Both the position numbers and the translations under genes were made by a program. A DNA stretch of 29,079 nt. It comes from Polyangiales bacterium. Lineage in GTDB: Bacteria > Myxococcota_A > Polyangia > Polyangiales > Houyiibacteriaceae. The stretch covers positions 1 to 29,079 of the forward strand of contig JBGCFM010000284.1 in assembly GCA_045106895.1 (NCBI GenBank), written 5' to 3'. The notes under the pieces were generated by a model. That model had not been told where the DNA came from. It made no database searches and saw only the letters and a list, made by a program, of their open reading frames with translations. Shown piece after piece: positions 1 to 8,879 of the stretch; the stretch's first letter is position 1, and the number at the start of each line of letters is the position of its first letter.

Positions 1-13
1 GGCCGCAGCAAAG

Positions 14-835
14 ATGGATGTGTTTCGCTACTTGGACTACCGAAAGTTCCTCGGGGAGTTCTACAAGAAGCGAAAACAAGAGAGCCGTGCGTTCTCCTAC
101 CGCGCCTTTGCGCGGCGCTGCGGCCTGCGCTCGCCCAATCACCTCAAGCGCGTCATCGAGCGAGAGCGCAACCTGAGTAGCGAAGCAGCGCTCAGCTATG
201 TCGACGCCATCGGTCTCGAGGGCGACGCCGGTCAGTACTTTTGTGAGCTCGTTCGTTTCGACCAAGCCAAGACACGCAAAGAGCGCGACTCTTCGTATCG
301 CCGTCTCACGCAATACCGCGGCTATCGAAAAGCCCACGGACTCGACGCTAGCCACCACCGCTACCACAGCACCTGGTACATCCCGGCGATTCGCGAAATG
401 CTGCCGATCGCGGGCTTCAAGCCAGAGCCCAAGTGGATCGCTGGGCAGCTCATTCCCAGCATCAGCGAGAAAGAGGCCGCCGAAGCCCTCGATGTCTTGG
501 AAGAGCTCGGGATGATCACGCGCACGAACGGCGTCATCGAGCGCTCGGACCAGGTTGTCTCCACGGGCCCCGAGACTTCTGGGCTCCACATCGTCAACTA
601 CCACGCGGCCATGATGGACAAAGCGATTCAGTCCATCGACATCGTCGCCCGCGAAGAACGCGACATCAGCGGCGTGACTCTGTGCCTACCAAGCGGCGCC
701 ATCCCAACACTCAAAGAGCGCATCCGTGAGTTCCGAAAAGAAGTCCTCGCCATGGAAGCCAGCGAAGGCGAAGGCGACGCCGTCGTGCAGCTCGCCGTTC
801 AGCTCTTTCCCCTTACTAAGTCTCAGGACACCTAG
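14..835 (+). CDS. TIGR02147 family protein (N-terminal HTH-like region plus DUF4423-like C-terminus), putative regulator
   Basis: Characteristic 'F.YLDYRKFL.EFY...K....FSYR.FAR..G..SPN.LK.VI...RNLS' start, central 'WYIPAIRE', 'ERDISGVT' and terminal 'QL.VQLFPL'. Confidence 0.85.
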   Translation: MDVFRYLDYRKFLGEFYKKRKQESRAFSYRAFARRCGLRSPNHLKRVIERERNLSSEAALSYVDAIGLEGDAGQYFCELVRFDQAKTRKERDSSYRRLTQYRGYRKAHGLDASHHRYHSTWYIPAIREMLPIAGFKPEPKWIAGQLIPSISEKEAAEALDVLEELGMITRTNGVIERSDQVVSTGPETSGLHIVNYHAAMMDKAIQSIDIVAREERDISGVTLCLPSGAIPTLKERIREFRKEVLAMEASEGEGDAVVQLAVQLFPLTKSQDT

Positions 836-838
836 ATC

Positions 839-1564
839 ATGCGACACCCACTTCTTAGCTTCGTGCTCTTCATTCCAGTCCTCGCCGCCCCCGCGCTCAT
901 CGCCTGTGCCGGCACCGAAACCGGCAACCCCGCAGATCCGGACTACACGCACCGAATCGAACCCACCGGCGTGGATACGACCGTCGGCCAAATAGGCCCA
1001 GCGATGCCAAGCCCGCCGGAGATCTTGGTGGAAGCCGGAGCCGGCTCTGTTACGCCGGCTACCGGAACCGTCTACGCGTGGGCGCTGGAGAACAACTTGC
1101 CGGCGGTGAGCGCGCCCATCGAGGCCGACGGCAGCTTTTACCTCGTCATCTCCGCCCTCGCCGGGGATCGCATTCGCCTTCAGATCCGCGCCGGCGGCGA
1201 CGAGCTGAGTCCGCCATTGGACATCGTCGTCGCGGAGACCGGCGCCGGGTTCACGCGCTTCAACACGGCGTTGCCCTGCCTTCGCAGCAGCCCGGAGTTG
1301 GCGCTCCAGCTCGACGTTGGCAACGAAGACGCGATCATCCTCACCAACTACTGCGACGAAACGGTCACGCGCTCGCCGGCGCGCATCCGCGAAGGAACAT
1401 CAGGCATCACGCTCACAGACGACGGAGCGACGGAACTCGCACCCGGCGCGCAGAGCACCATTCGTATTCGTTTCGACGCTGCCGAGGCAAGCCCCGCGAA
1501 CGTGCTCTTCTCGTTGGTTGCGCCGGTTCAGGAGATTCGCGCCATCACGATTGGCGTAGACTGA
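839..1564 (+). CDS. Predicted lipoprotein with Ig-like/beta-sandwich domains
   Basis: Signal peptide with lipobox LIAC followed by AGTETGNP; beta-rich mature part; starts 3 nt after the TIGR02147 stop. Confidence 0.7.
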   Translation: MRHPLLSFVLFIPVLAAPALIACAGTETGNPADPDYTHRIEPTGVDTTVGQIGPAMPSPPEILVEAGAGSVTPATGTVYAWALENNLPAVSAPIEADGSFYLVISALAGDRIRLQIRAGGDELSPPLDIVVAETGAGFTRFNTALPCLRSSPELALQLDVGNEDAIILTNYCDETVTRSPARIREGTSGITLTDDGATELAPGAQSTIRIRFDAAEASPANVLFSLVAPVQEIRAITIGVD

Positions 1565-1586
1565 GCGCTCACGAGGCAGGGTCTCC

Positions 1587-3029
1587 TCACCGCAACATGC
1601 TGGGTGTCGAACCTCGATTCTCGTACTCCACTTCAAGTGCCTCGCAGACTACGCCGTAGACGTCCTCAATGGACATATGTGTCGACGGACGCGGCTCACC
1701 TGTGTTGCGTTCGAAACCGAACGTCAGGGCCGTGGCGGGATCGACGCCACCATACGCGCGGCCCCCTTGGATAAGTGGTGAGACCAACACGACGCCGTTG
1801 TTCTGAAAGTGACCTGTGCCAAAACGCGTAGATCCAGCTGGACGTCTTCGGGTTCGGCCGAACTCTGTCGGCATGTAGACCAAACTACGATCCCAAAGGC
1901 TGCTTCCAGGTTGCAAAAGGTCCTCTGCGCCCTTGAGCAAGGTGATGAGGGCGTCCGTGACCCGCAGAAGGCGCGACCACATGACATGCTGTCCTACGCG
2001 ATGCGTGTTGTGCGAGGAATCAAAGGCCAAGGCGGGATTCGACACACCACGCTCAGCGCCGATTCCTTCGAGAGCAAGGGCGTCACTCGGGGATATGCCA
2101 AGCGCGCACGAGCCACCGCTCTTGGCCAGAAGAAACGCCAGAGCCGCCTGGGCTTCGAAGGGATCCGTTTCAAAGTTCGGCAAGAGCTCTCGAATCCGGG
2201 TGAGCTCCGGTGAGCGCTCCAACCCAGGGAGGTCGAGCAGGCCCACTTCGGTAGCGATGCCGCTCGCTTCGAGTTCGTTCGCGCGCTCTCGCAGAGCGAG
2301 GAATCGCCGACGTCCAGCGACGTGCTCGAAGCTCGTGGCGAAAGCAGATTCGCTGTCTAGGCGCGCTCGGATCGCACGGGCCGAGAGAAGCTGCTCATGG
2401 TCAACGGCGATTGGGAGGCCGAGGGAAGCATGGGTGCCGAGGGCGAAGTAGCGAGCGTCCGCGACGGTAACCTGTTGCGCATGAGCGGGCAACGAGGGGT
2501 CCCAACCGGGAGCGGCGAACTCGCCGGCCATCATGTTGACCGCAGCGAGGGGAAGTCCTTGGCCATGACGCGCGGCGACAGCTTCCAGGAGCGTTCGGCC
2601 AGAGTTGACACCGTTGCCGTTCATTGCACGCCGCTGTCCAACGTTATGATTAACCGACGAGTGGTCGAGGGTCATCACAGCGGTATCCGGTCCATGTCGT
2701 TCGAGAAACGTACGCTGACGGTAGGACGCCGCGTATGGGGGCGGACCTGTGATCTCTTCGGTGAGCGGAGCAACGCATCGCAGGTCGACGCCCGCTACGG
2801 TTTCGATTAGCGCAGGGGCAAAGCTCGTTAGTGCTCTGGCTTCTGTAGAAGCGTCTTCCGCGAGGGGTAGAAAACTATCGAGAATACTCGCACCGCCTAG
2901 AGCGCCGATGGCGAAGAGATACCGTCCCGGCGGCTCCTGCGCGGTTGCGCGTCGTTTGGGCAGCAACGTCGATGCGCTAGCGGCGGCGGCGGCGAGTAGG
3001 AGACCACGTCTTCCTAGTGGGCGTGTCAT
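1587..3029 (-). CDS. Tat-exported DUF1501-like protein
   Basis: Twin-arginine signal (LGRRGLL...ATA), 'GGASILDSF', 'FDSSH..H', C-terminal 'TEFGRT...GTGH...VSP.I.GGR.YG'; ATGA overlap with upstream gene at 3026-3029. Confidence 0.75.
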   Translation of the reverse strand: MTRPLGRRGLLLAAAAASASTLLPKRRATAQEPPGRYLFAIGALGGASILDSFLPLAEDASTEARALTSFAPALIETVAGVDLRCVAPLTEEITGPPPYAASYRQRTFLERHGPDTAVMTLDHSSVNHNVGQRRAMNGNGVNSGRTLLEAVAARHGQGLPLAAVNMMAGEFAAPGWDPSLPAHAQQVTVADARYFALGTHASLGLPIAVDHEQLLSARAIRARLDSESAFATSFEHVAGRRRFLALRERANELEASGIATEVGLLDLPGLERSPELTRIRELLPNFETDPFEAQAALAFLLAKSGGSCALGISPSDALALEGIGAERGVSNPALAFDSSHNTHRVGQHVMWSRLLRVTDALITLLKGAEDLLQPGSSLWDRSLVYMPTEFGRTRRRPAGSTRFGTGHFQNNGVVLVSPLIQGGRAYGGVDPATALTFGFERNTGEPRPSTHMSIEDVYGVVCEALEVEYENRGSTPSMLR

Positions 3030-3787
3030 TGGAAAAGCTCCTCGGTCGTGGTGGCGATAATGAAACAGGTAAGCCGGGCGGCTTCCTGAGCAGAAGGCGG
3101 CGGCTGGCTCTCCGCGACGGTGAGGACGATGTCGACCTCCTCGGGCGTGGCGTCCCTTGCAAGGAGACGGCGGTACAGGTCCTCAACCATTTCGCGCATC
3201 CCTGGAGTTGCTGGTGTGACCTGCGTAAGCGACAGGTCGAGGGAACGAAATACTTGGGGGGTTCCTGCGCTGTCACGCTCGACGCGCTCTCCACATGCGA
3301 GCAGTGCCACCCGATCAAGGACTAGAGGCGTGAGCAATGACGGTTCTGGGAGCGGAGAAAACCGGCCCAGAAACGGCTCGTTGCCGCCAAGCGAAAAGAC
3401 ATGAACGCCTTGGGGGGTGTACTCGGTAATGAAGTCGTCATCCGCGCACTCCGTCGTGCCTTGCAGCTCCGCGCAGGCGGCTTGAGCGTCCGCCGGAGCC
3501 ACGCCCTGATGGCGTATTAGGTAGTCCGTTAGCTTGACCGGCCCAGTCACCGCGCAGGGAGCTCCGTCCGCGTCTTCACATAGCTCACTCATGTCCAACT
3601 CAAGCGCTCGCGCGTAGCCCGCTAGGAGCGGACGGGAACGTCGCCAGCGCAACTCGGTTCGCGCACCAGCCTCAACAGCGACGGGTGTCGGCCAAGGGTC
3701 GGAAGGGACCGAAGGCTCGTCGGCGCATGCTGATAGCCCAGTGATCGCGACGAGAAAGATCCCTCGAAGGGAGAAGAGAGTGTTCAT
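3026..3787 (-). CDS. Predicted lipoprotein with C-terminal helical 'LYRRLLARDATPEE' motif (DUF1595/PSD-like)
   Basis: ATG at 3787, 1 nt after upstream stop; lipobox GLSAC; several Cys residues; C-terminal motif typical of the helical domains found with myxobacterial/planctomycete cytochromes. Confidence 0.7.
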   Translation of the reverse strand: MNTLFSLRGIFLVAITGLSACADEPSVPSDPWPTPVAVEAGARTELRWRRSRPLLAGYARALELDMSELCEDADGAPCAVTGPVKLTDYLIRHQGVAPADAQAACAELQGTTECADDDFITEYTPQGVHVFSLGGNEPFLGRFSPLPEPSLLTPLVLDRVALLACGERVERDSAGTPQVFRSLDLSLTQVTPATPGMREMVEDLYRRLLARDATPEEVDIVLTVAESQPPPSAQEAARLTCFIIATTTEELFQ

Positions 3788-3788
3788 C

Positions 3789-5309
3789 TCAAGGTGCTCC
3801 AAAAGCAGAGGTGTCGATGATGGCGTGGGCCAAGGCGTCCGCTGAGTATCCGGAGTCTCGAAACTCTTGGGTCACAAGCCCGAACTCCTGGTGCTCACCG
3901 GGACCCAGGGGCTGCCCTGTGGCGAGGGTCCAAATCAGCTCGCTCAGAGTCGCAGCGAACGCGTGGGAGGAAGACATCTGCTGGGCCATGTAGACGAGGC
4001 CTGTGGACTCGCCCATGGTAGACTCGGCGGGTACTTCCTCCCCTAGAATGTAGGCGGCGGGAGGCTCAGCCTGCCAGCTCTCTCTAGCCACGGCGGGCCC
4101 ACCGAAGAAGCTCGTCGGTCGGTCGCGAGAGTAGGTTCCAAGCGAGGGTGCACTGATTCCCGGGATGCCTTCGAAACCGACGCCGTTGTAGTACGCGAAG
4201 GAATACGCGAGCGGGTCGAGGGTTGAGTGACACTGGTAGCAGGGAGCACCGTCAATATCGATATCGTCGATGTCTCGCGGTTCGCCGACGATGGGGAACA
4301 TGCCTTCGAAGCGTGAAATGTCGAAGCCAAGCCAGTTGTTGTAAGCGGCGGCAGCTGTGGTGCGTGGCAGGTAGCTTGCTTGGGTTTGGATCACGAGAAA
4401 CCACTGGGTCGTCAGCATTCCTGCCCGATGACCCGGCGAGAGTGGTTGAGCGCTTCCGTCCGCCGGCGACCCCCGAAATGGAGTCGCGCACTGCACGCCA
4501 GCACGAGAAGCCATCCCGAGGACGGGGCCACTCGACTCGTCGATAATCCGAAGGACTCCTGGCGCGCTTTCTTCGACGTGATAGCTCGCCGTCAAGAGAT
4601 CGCGGGCGTCACGACCATTCGTCATCGCGTAGCGAAAGAGGCGATAGTCGTACTCGAAATCGGCGATCATATTCTCGCAGGTACCCAACGAGACCAGTGG
4701 ACGGATCTTCGCATCGGCGAGACGCGGGATCGCTTCTCGTTGCCAGTACGAAGAGGCCAGGCATTCGGTTAGCGTCTCATGGAGCAGGGCACGAGCATCG
4801 GTGGACTCGACCAACGCTTGCACTTGATCGTAGGAGGCGTCCACTCCGCAGAACGCGACCATGATCCGTCGTAGGGCGAAGGCGTCGTCATACTGACCTA
4901 GGCTGTAGAACGTCGAGCGGCCCGCTTCCGGCGAAGGTTCGACGGCCACGTGTGTAGATAACGCGTCGCCGGGAAACGTACCCAGCGTGATCTCGTCGAC
5001 ATTGGAAAGCCCGTCCTCATCGGCGTCCATCTCTTCGACCGACGCGAGGGCCACGCCTAGCCCGTCTTCCCGAACTCCGCGGGGAAGTTCACTCCTCAGC
5101 TGCCGCCCGAACGCGTTCATACGCGGCGGCGCCGTGTGACACATCAAGCATGTAGTGGTTGCGTTGATGCAGGCCGGTGCGTTCGGGTAGGTCTCGCAGA
5201 ACACGGCTGGGCCCTCCGGAAAGAACGCATGAGACTGCGCCGGAGGCAGCAACATCCAGGTCAGGACGAGGAGCGGATTCGCAAAAGCGATGCGTCGCGG
5301 GATGTTCAT
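3789..5309 (-). CDS. Secreted c-type cytochrome with two CxxCH motifs (DUF1588/PSCyt-like C-terminal region)
   Basis: Start reassigned to MNIPRRIA (signal peptide ending SHA); CLMCH and CYQCH; Ca-binding-like 'DADEDGLSNVDEI..GTFP'; 'RAGMLTT.WF' and 'CH.TLDPLAY.F' motifs. Confidence 0.75.
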   Translation of the reverse strand: MNIPRRIAFANPLLVLTWMLLPPAQSHAFFPEGPAVFCETYPNAPACINATTTCLMCHTAPPRMNAFGRQLRSELPRGVREDGLGVALASVEEMDADEDGLSNVDEITLGTFPGDALSTHVAVEPSPEAGRSTFYSLGQYDDAFALRRIMVAFCGVDASYDQVQALVESTDARALLHETLTECLASSYWQREAIPRLADAKIRPLVSLGTCENMIADFEYDYRLFRYAMTNGRDARDLLTASYHVEESAPGVLRIIDESSGPVLGMASRAGVQCATPFRGSPADGSAQPLSPGHRAGMLTTQWFLVIQTQASYLPRTTAAAAYNNWLGFDISRFEGMFPIVGEPRDIDDIDIDGAPCYQCHSTLDPLAYSFAYYNGVGFEGIPGISAPSLGTYSRDRPTSFFGGPAVARESWQAEPPAAYILGEEVPAESTMGESTGLVYMAQQMSSSHAFAATLSELIWTLATGQPLGPGEHQEFGLVTQEFRDSGYSADALAHAIIDTSAFGAP

Positions 5310-5371
5310 AGAATGTGTACCTTCGGTAGCGGCTATCAGCGCTCTTAGATTGCTCTGCACGGGTAGGCGAT

Positions 5372-5400
5372 GTCTGTGGTGAAGGTGTATCGTTTGTATC
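5372..5400 (-). promoter_or_regulatory. Conserved 29-bp element, copy A (GATACA direct repeats plus -35-like CAGAC), upstream of the cytochrome/DUF1501 operon
   Basis: Plus strand gtctgtggtgaaggtgtatcgtttgtatc; 26/29 identical to 10172-10200; intergenic, same orientation relative to the downstream gene. Confidence 0.75.
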
Positions 5401-5415
5401 GAGACGTAGCCTCGC

Positions 5416-5946
5416 TCACTCCGGTGCCTCCAAGAGGACACGGAGGCGGCGGCGGCCCAAACACAGCGTCACCCGCAGGGCGGCCCGACTGAGCCCCATG
5501 CTCCGCGCGGCGTCGATACGATCAGTCTCCTGGACCGCACAGAGTTCGATGGCCTGGCGCTCGCGTGGAGCAAGCTCCCGCATGCTCCGATGAACTCGTT
5601 CGAGTTGCTGTCGCTCGATGATACGGAGGAGTGGGTTGCTCGATGCGTCTTCCAACTCGGCGGTGAAGCCGTAGCTCAGGTCGGGACCTCTTCTGCGATA
5701 GTGATCAGCAATACGCCTTCGAAGGATCGCAACGAACCAAGTCTGCACGGAGCTTCGCCCGGAAAAACGAGAGAACGACCGAAGTCCCGAGATCCACATC
5801 TCTTGAACCAGATCTTGGGCGATTTCGTCAGATCTGACCCGGCATCGCGCGTACCGAAACAGCATCGGTTCGAGCCGACGCAAGAGTTCGTCGTCGAGGA
5901 CGACATTCCCGTCCGCCGATCGGTGAACTTCGGCGCCAGTGCTCAC
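5416..5946 (-). CDS. ECF-type RNA polymerase sigma-70 factor
   Basis: Region 2 'AQDLVQEMW...FSGRSSVQTWF..ILRR..DHYRR'; region 4 'LAPRERQAIEL...AARSMGLS....RVTL..GRRRLR'; GTGA overlap with MFP stop. Confidence 0.9.
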   Translation of the reverse strand: MSTGAEVHRSADGNVVLDDELLRRLEPMLFRYARCRVRSDEIAQDLVQEMWISGLRSFSRFSGRSSVQTWFVAILRRRIADHYRRRGPDLSYGFTAELEDASSNPLLRIIERQQLERVHRSMRELAPRERQAIELCAVQETDRIDAARSMGLSRAALRVTLCLGRRRLRVLLEAPE

Positions 5947-7043
5947 AAGTCACCGGACTCGATGAAGGCAAACACACGTTGGTCAGTGATGACATCGGCG
6001 GCATTGTCCAGAGACACCAGCACATCCAACACGACCATGTCGTCGCGATCCACCGTGGCCGCGCCGTTGCGCGCACGCATCCGTTTCCCAAGTTCCACCA
6101 CGCGGCCTTCGAACTGCCTCTGGGCTTGCCCATCGATGGACAGCACTACGAGAGCTCCAACCGCGACCTTGCCAACGTCTCGTTCGTCCAAGTCGAGACG
6201 CGCGCGCATCTCACTGGTATCCCCCAGTTCAAGTGCTGGCGTCACCGCGCCTGGCGAGAGGTACTCTCCGACTTCGAAGTGCAACGCGAGCACTTCGGCA
6301 TCACAGGGAGCGCGAATCCGCATACGCTCAAGGGTCGCCAATGCCTGGTCGCGCCTCGCCTCAGCACCAGCCAGACGCGCACCGGCGGCGCTCACGTCCT
6401 CCCGCCGGCCACGGCGACTCGCATCACGTCGCGCCTCGGCGTTACGCCTTGTCGCATCATCCGCGGCCGCTTGAAGTCGCGCGCGGTCTAGCTCATCGAG
6501 CGTTGCGGCGCCGCCAGCAGCCGCCTGTTCCGTTCTGTGAAAGACGTTCCGGGAGAGCCGTGCGCGAGAGTCCGCGGCGGCCGCCTCCGCCTCCGCCGCG
6601 CTTATGTCGAGAGGTCGACCTCGTCGCTGGCGCGCCATCTCAGCGCGTGCTGCGTCCACGTCTGCATCGCTGGCGGCGAGGATGGCCTGCTCCACGTCGT
6701 CCTCCAACTGCAGCAGAACCTGCCCCATCTGCACCGTCTGCCCAACCTGCACGGCGATGTCGGAGATTCTCCCAGGAAGCCCAGTTTGGAGTGAAATGGC
6801 TCCTGTTTTCGGTTCGAAAACGCCTAACGCCGCAACCCATGTGCCGTTCGGAGGCCGCGCAAGAACTCCCTCCTCACGTTGTCCTTCGCCGGTGTTGTCT
6901 TCGGTTCGTTGGGCGTGCGCGATGTCATCCGCTCGAGGCTCGCCTGGAGCAGAGGTCGCAACGAAATGAACGACAGCGACTGCCATTCCGACCACCAAAG
7001 CCGGAAATGCTGAACGCCTAAGTAGGAGCATGATCCGATGCAT
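5943..7043 (-). CDS. HlyD/DevB-family membrane fusion protein (periplasmic adaptor)
   Basis: N-terminal TM segment, lipoyl half-motif 'GRISDIAVQVGQTVQMGQVLLQL', coiled coil, 'IRAPCDAEVL....VGE', beta-barrel C-terminus; start taken at MHRIM (alternative 7031). Confidence 0.88.
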   Translation of the reverse strand: MHRIMLLLRRSAFPALVVGMAVAVVHFVATSAPGEPRADDIAHAQRTEDNTGEGQREEGVLARPPNGTWVAALGVFEPKTGAISLQTGLPGRISDIAVQVGQTVQMGQVLLQLEDDVEQAILAASDADVDAARAEMARQRRGRPLDISAAEAEAAAADSRARLSRNVFHRTEQAAAGGAATLDELDRARLQAAADDATRRNAEARRDASRRGRREDVSAAGARLAGAEARRDQALATLERMRIRAPCDAEVLALHFEVGEYLSPGAVTPALELGDTSEMRARLDLDERDVGKVAVGALVVLSIDGQAQRQFEGRVVELGKRMRARNGAATVDRDDMVVLDVLVSLDNAADVITDQRVFAFIESGDL

Positions 7044-7740
7044 TTGCTTCTCTCTGTTGCTCGTTCGACACCATGCACCCGTCCTCGATGTCCACGATGC
7101 GATCCGCAAAATGGAGAATTCGGTCGTCGTGGGTGACGACCACCACCGAGCGGTCACCACTCGCCGTGAGGTCCCGCATGAGGCGCATGACCTCTTGTCC
7201 ACTCGCTGCATCCAGACTCGCGGTTGGCTCATCCGCAAGAAGCAAAGGGGGATGGCCTGCAAGTGCACGGGCAACCGCGACGCGTTGCTGCTGTCCACCC
7301 GAGAGCTGACTTGCTCGGTGGCGTAACTTGTCGCCAAGGCCAACTTGGGTAAGGCACTCCGCTGCGACTTCGCAGGCACGCCTTCGCGGGACTCCCTTAA
7401 GTTGCAGCCCGAGCGCGACGTTGTTGACGGCGGAGAGCGCGGCGATCAGGTTGCCCGACTGAAAAACGAACCCGATCTTCTCCCGGCGAACCTGCGCAAG
7501 CCGCCGTTCGTCAAGTCCATCGACTCGTTCGCCTAGAAGAGAGACTTCACCGAACGTTGCGTTGAGAACACACCCAAGAACGGAAAGTAGCGTTGTCTTC
7601 CCACTCCCCGATGGTCCTCGAAGAATGACGAACTCTCCTGGCTTGACGCAGAAGTCCACGCCCTTGAGTGCTTCGAAAGCCAGCTCGCCCTTGCCGAAGG
7701 TCTTGCGCACATCTCGCGCATGAATCGCGTATGGCATCAT
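7018..7740 (-). CDS. ABC transporter ATP-binding protein (DevA/LolD/MacB-like)
   Basis: Walker A GPSGSGKTT, signature LSGGQQQRVAVARA, Walker B LLADEPT, H-loop VTHD. Confidence 0.95.
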   Translation of the reverse strand: MMPYAIHARDVRKTFGKGELAFEALKGVDFCVKPGEFVILRGPSGSGKTTLLSVLGCVLNATFGEVSLLGERVDGLDERRLAQVRREKIGFVFQSGNLIAALSAVNNVALGLQLKGVPRRRACEVAAECLTQVGLGDKLRHRASQLSGGQQQRVAVARALAGHPPLLLADEPTASLDAASGQEVMRLMRDLTASGDRSVVVVTHDDRILHFADRIVDIEDGCMVSNEQQREANASDHAPT

Positions 7741-8879
7741 CGAAACACGATCCCGGGCTCGACTCGACGCACGCGTAGCAGCGCCAAGAGCGAAGCGATG
7801 AGGCAGAGCGTAACAACCGCAGCTCCAGCTCCTGCAAAAAGGGAAGCGGACAAGTTCAAGGCTTGCGTCGGCGAGCGAATAGCCTCGGCGATGCGCGTTA
7901 CGGCGAAGAGTCCGATGACGAGGCCAATGCCCGCGTACGCGAGCGCTTGGGCGAACAACAGCGCCGTCAGATCGCCGTTCGTTGCTCCGATAGCCTTCAA
8001 CGTTCCAAACTCGCGGATGTTGTCGACGACCGAGGAGAACATCGAAAGCGAGACGATCACCAACCCGACGATCAAACCAAATAGGGCGGACACCCCGAAG
8101 GTCAGGCCAATTGGTGTGGCGGTCAGAAGGTGCTCAACGATATCGCGAGACAGCTCTTTGGAGGTTCGCACCTCGAGATTCGGGAGACGCCGCTGAAGAC
8201 GACGAACCAACTCTTCTGCGTTCTGCCCTGCTTCCGACTGAACAAGCACATAGTTCGTCTGTGCATGGTCCATATGCAGCAGAACTTCCGCATCGCCATA
8301 GGAAGCGAACGCGTAAGGGGCGCCGAATGGAACGAGTCCCCATGAGAACCCGCCGACAAACACCCGGTGTCCGTTGAGTTCCCGTTCAACGCCGACATTG
8401 GCACCACCAAGCTCATCTCGTTGGGAGTCTTCTAGGACCAGTGTAGACGGCCGAACCAAGACCTCGGCGGCGTCTCCCACCACCATATTCCACGGCCCCC
8501 CGGCAAGTCTTGGCAGCTGCGCGCCGATCAGCGTGACCGCTTCATCTTGACCGTCAGGCCGCCTGATCGACGCGCCGCCTACGAGCAAAGGCTCTGCCCA
8601 GGCCACGCCAAATTCCGCGCGGGCAGTCGTTAGAGCGCGGATCGAAAACGGTGTTGCAGGCCCGATGGCACTTGCGCCCGCTTGGGTGATCCAAACGTCG
8701 CATTGAGTGTGGTCCACAAACATGGTGTTCTTTTGAACGAGGCCCAGGAAGACGCCGAGCTGTTGGTTCACGAGCACAACCGCGAAGACCACGCCAAACA
8801 GCGTTCCCGCAAACTTGGTCTTACTGTGGAACATGATTTGTATGCCGAGTCGCGCCATAGCGGGCCATCGCGCACTCAC
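7737..8879 (-). CDS. ABC transporter permease, FtsX/MacB (DevC-like) family
   Basis: One N-terminal TM, periplasmic domain, three C-terminal TMs, 'REFGTLKAIGA' and 'VEPGIVFR'; GTG start overlaps TolC stop (alternative ATG 8858). Confidence 0.9.
   Translation of the reverse strand: MSARWPAMARLGIQIMFHSKTKFAGTLFGVVFAVVLVNQQLGVFLGLVQKNTMFVDHTQCDVWITQAGASAIGPATPFSIRALTTARAEFGVAWAEPLLVGGASIRRPDGQDEAVTLIGAQLPRLAGGPWNMVVGDAAEVLVRPSTLVLEDSQRDELGGANVGVERELNGHRVFVGGFSWGLVPFGAPYAFASYGDAEVLLHMDHAQTNYVLVQSEAGQNAEELVRRLQRRLPNLEVRTSKELSRDIVEHLLTATPIGLTFGVSALFGLIVGLVIVSLSMFSSVVDNIREFGTLKAIGATNGDLTALLFAQALAYAGIGLVIGLFAVTRIAEAIRSPTQALNLSASLFAGAGAAVVTLCLIASLLALLRVRRVEPGIVFR

Noticed and set aside
5416..5946. 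CorE-like metal-sensing ECF
   Set aside because: Only three scattered Cys and no C-terminal cysteine-rich domain.
5590..7021. Long plus-strand ORFs 5590-6474 and 6233-7021
   Set aside because: Antisense shadows of the ECF/MFP genes; Ser/Arg/Pro-rich with no motifs, as expected in high-GC DNA.
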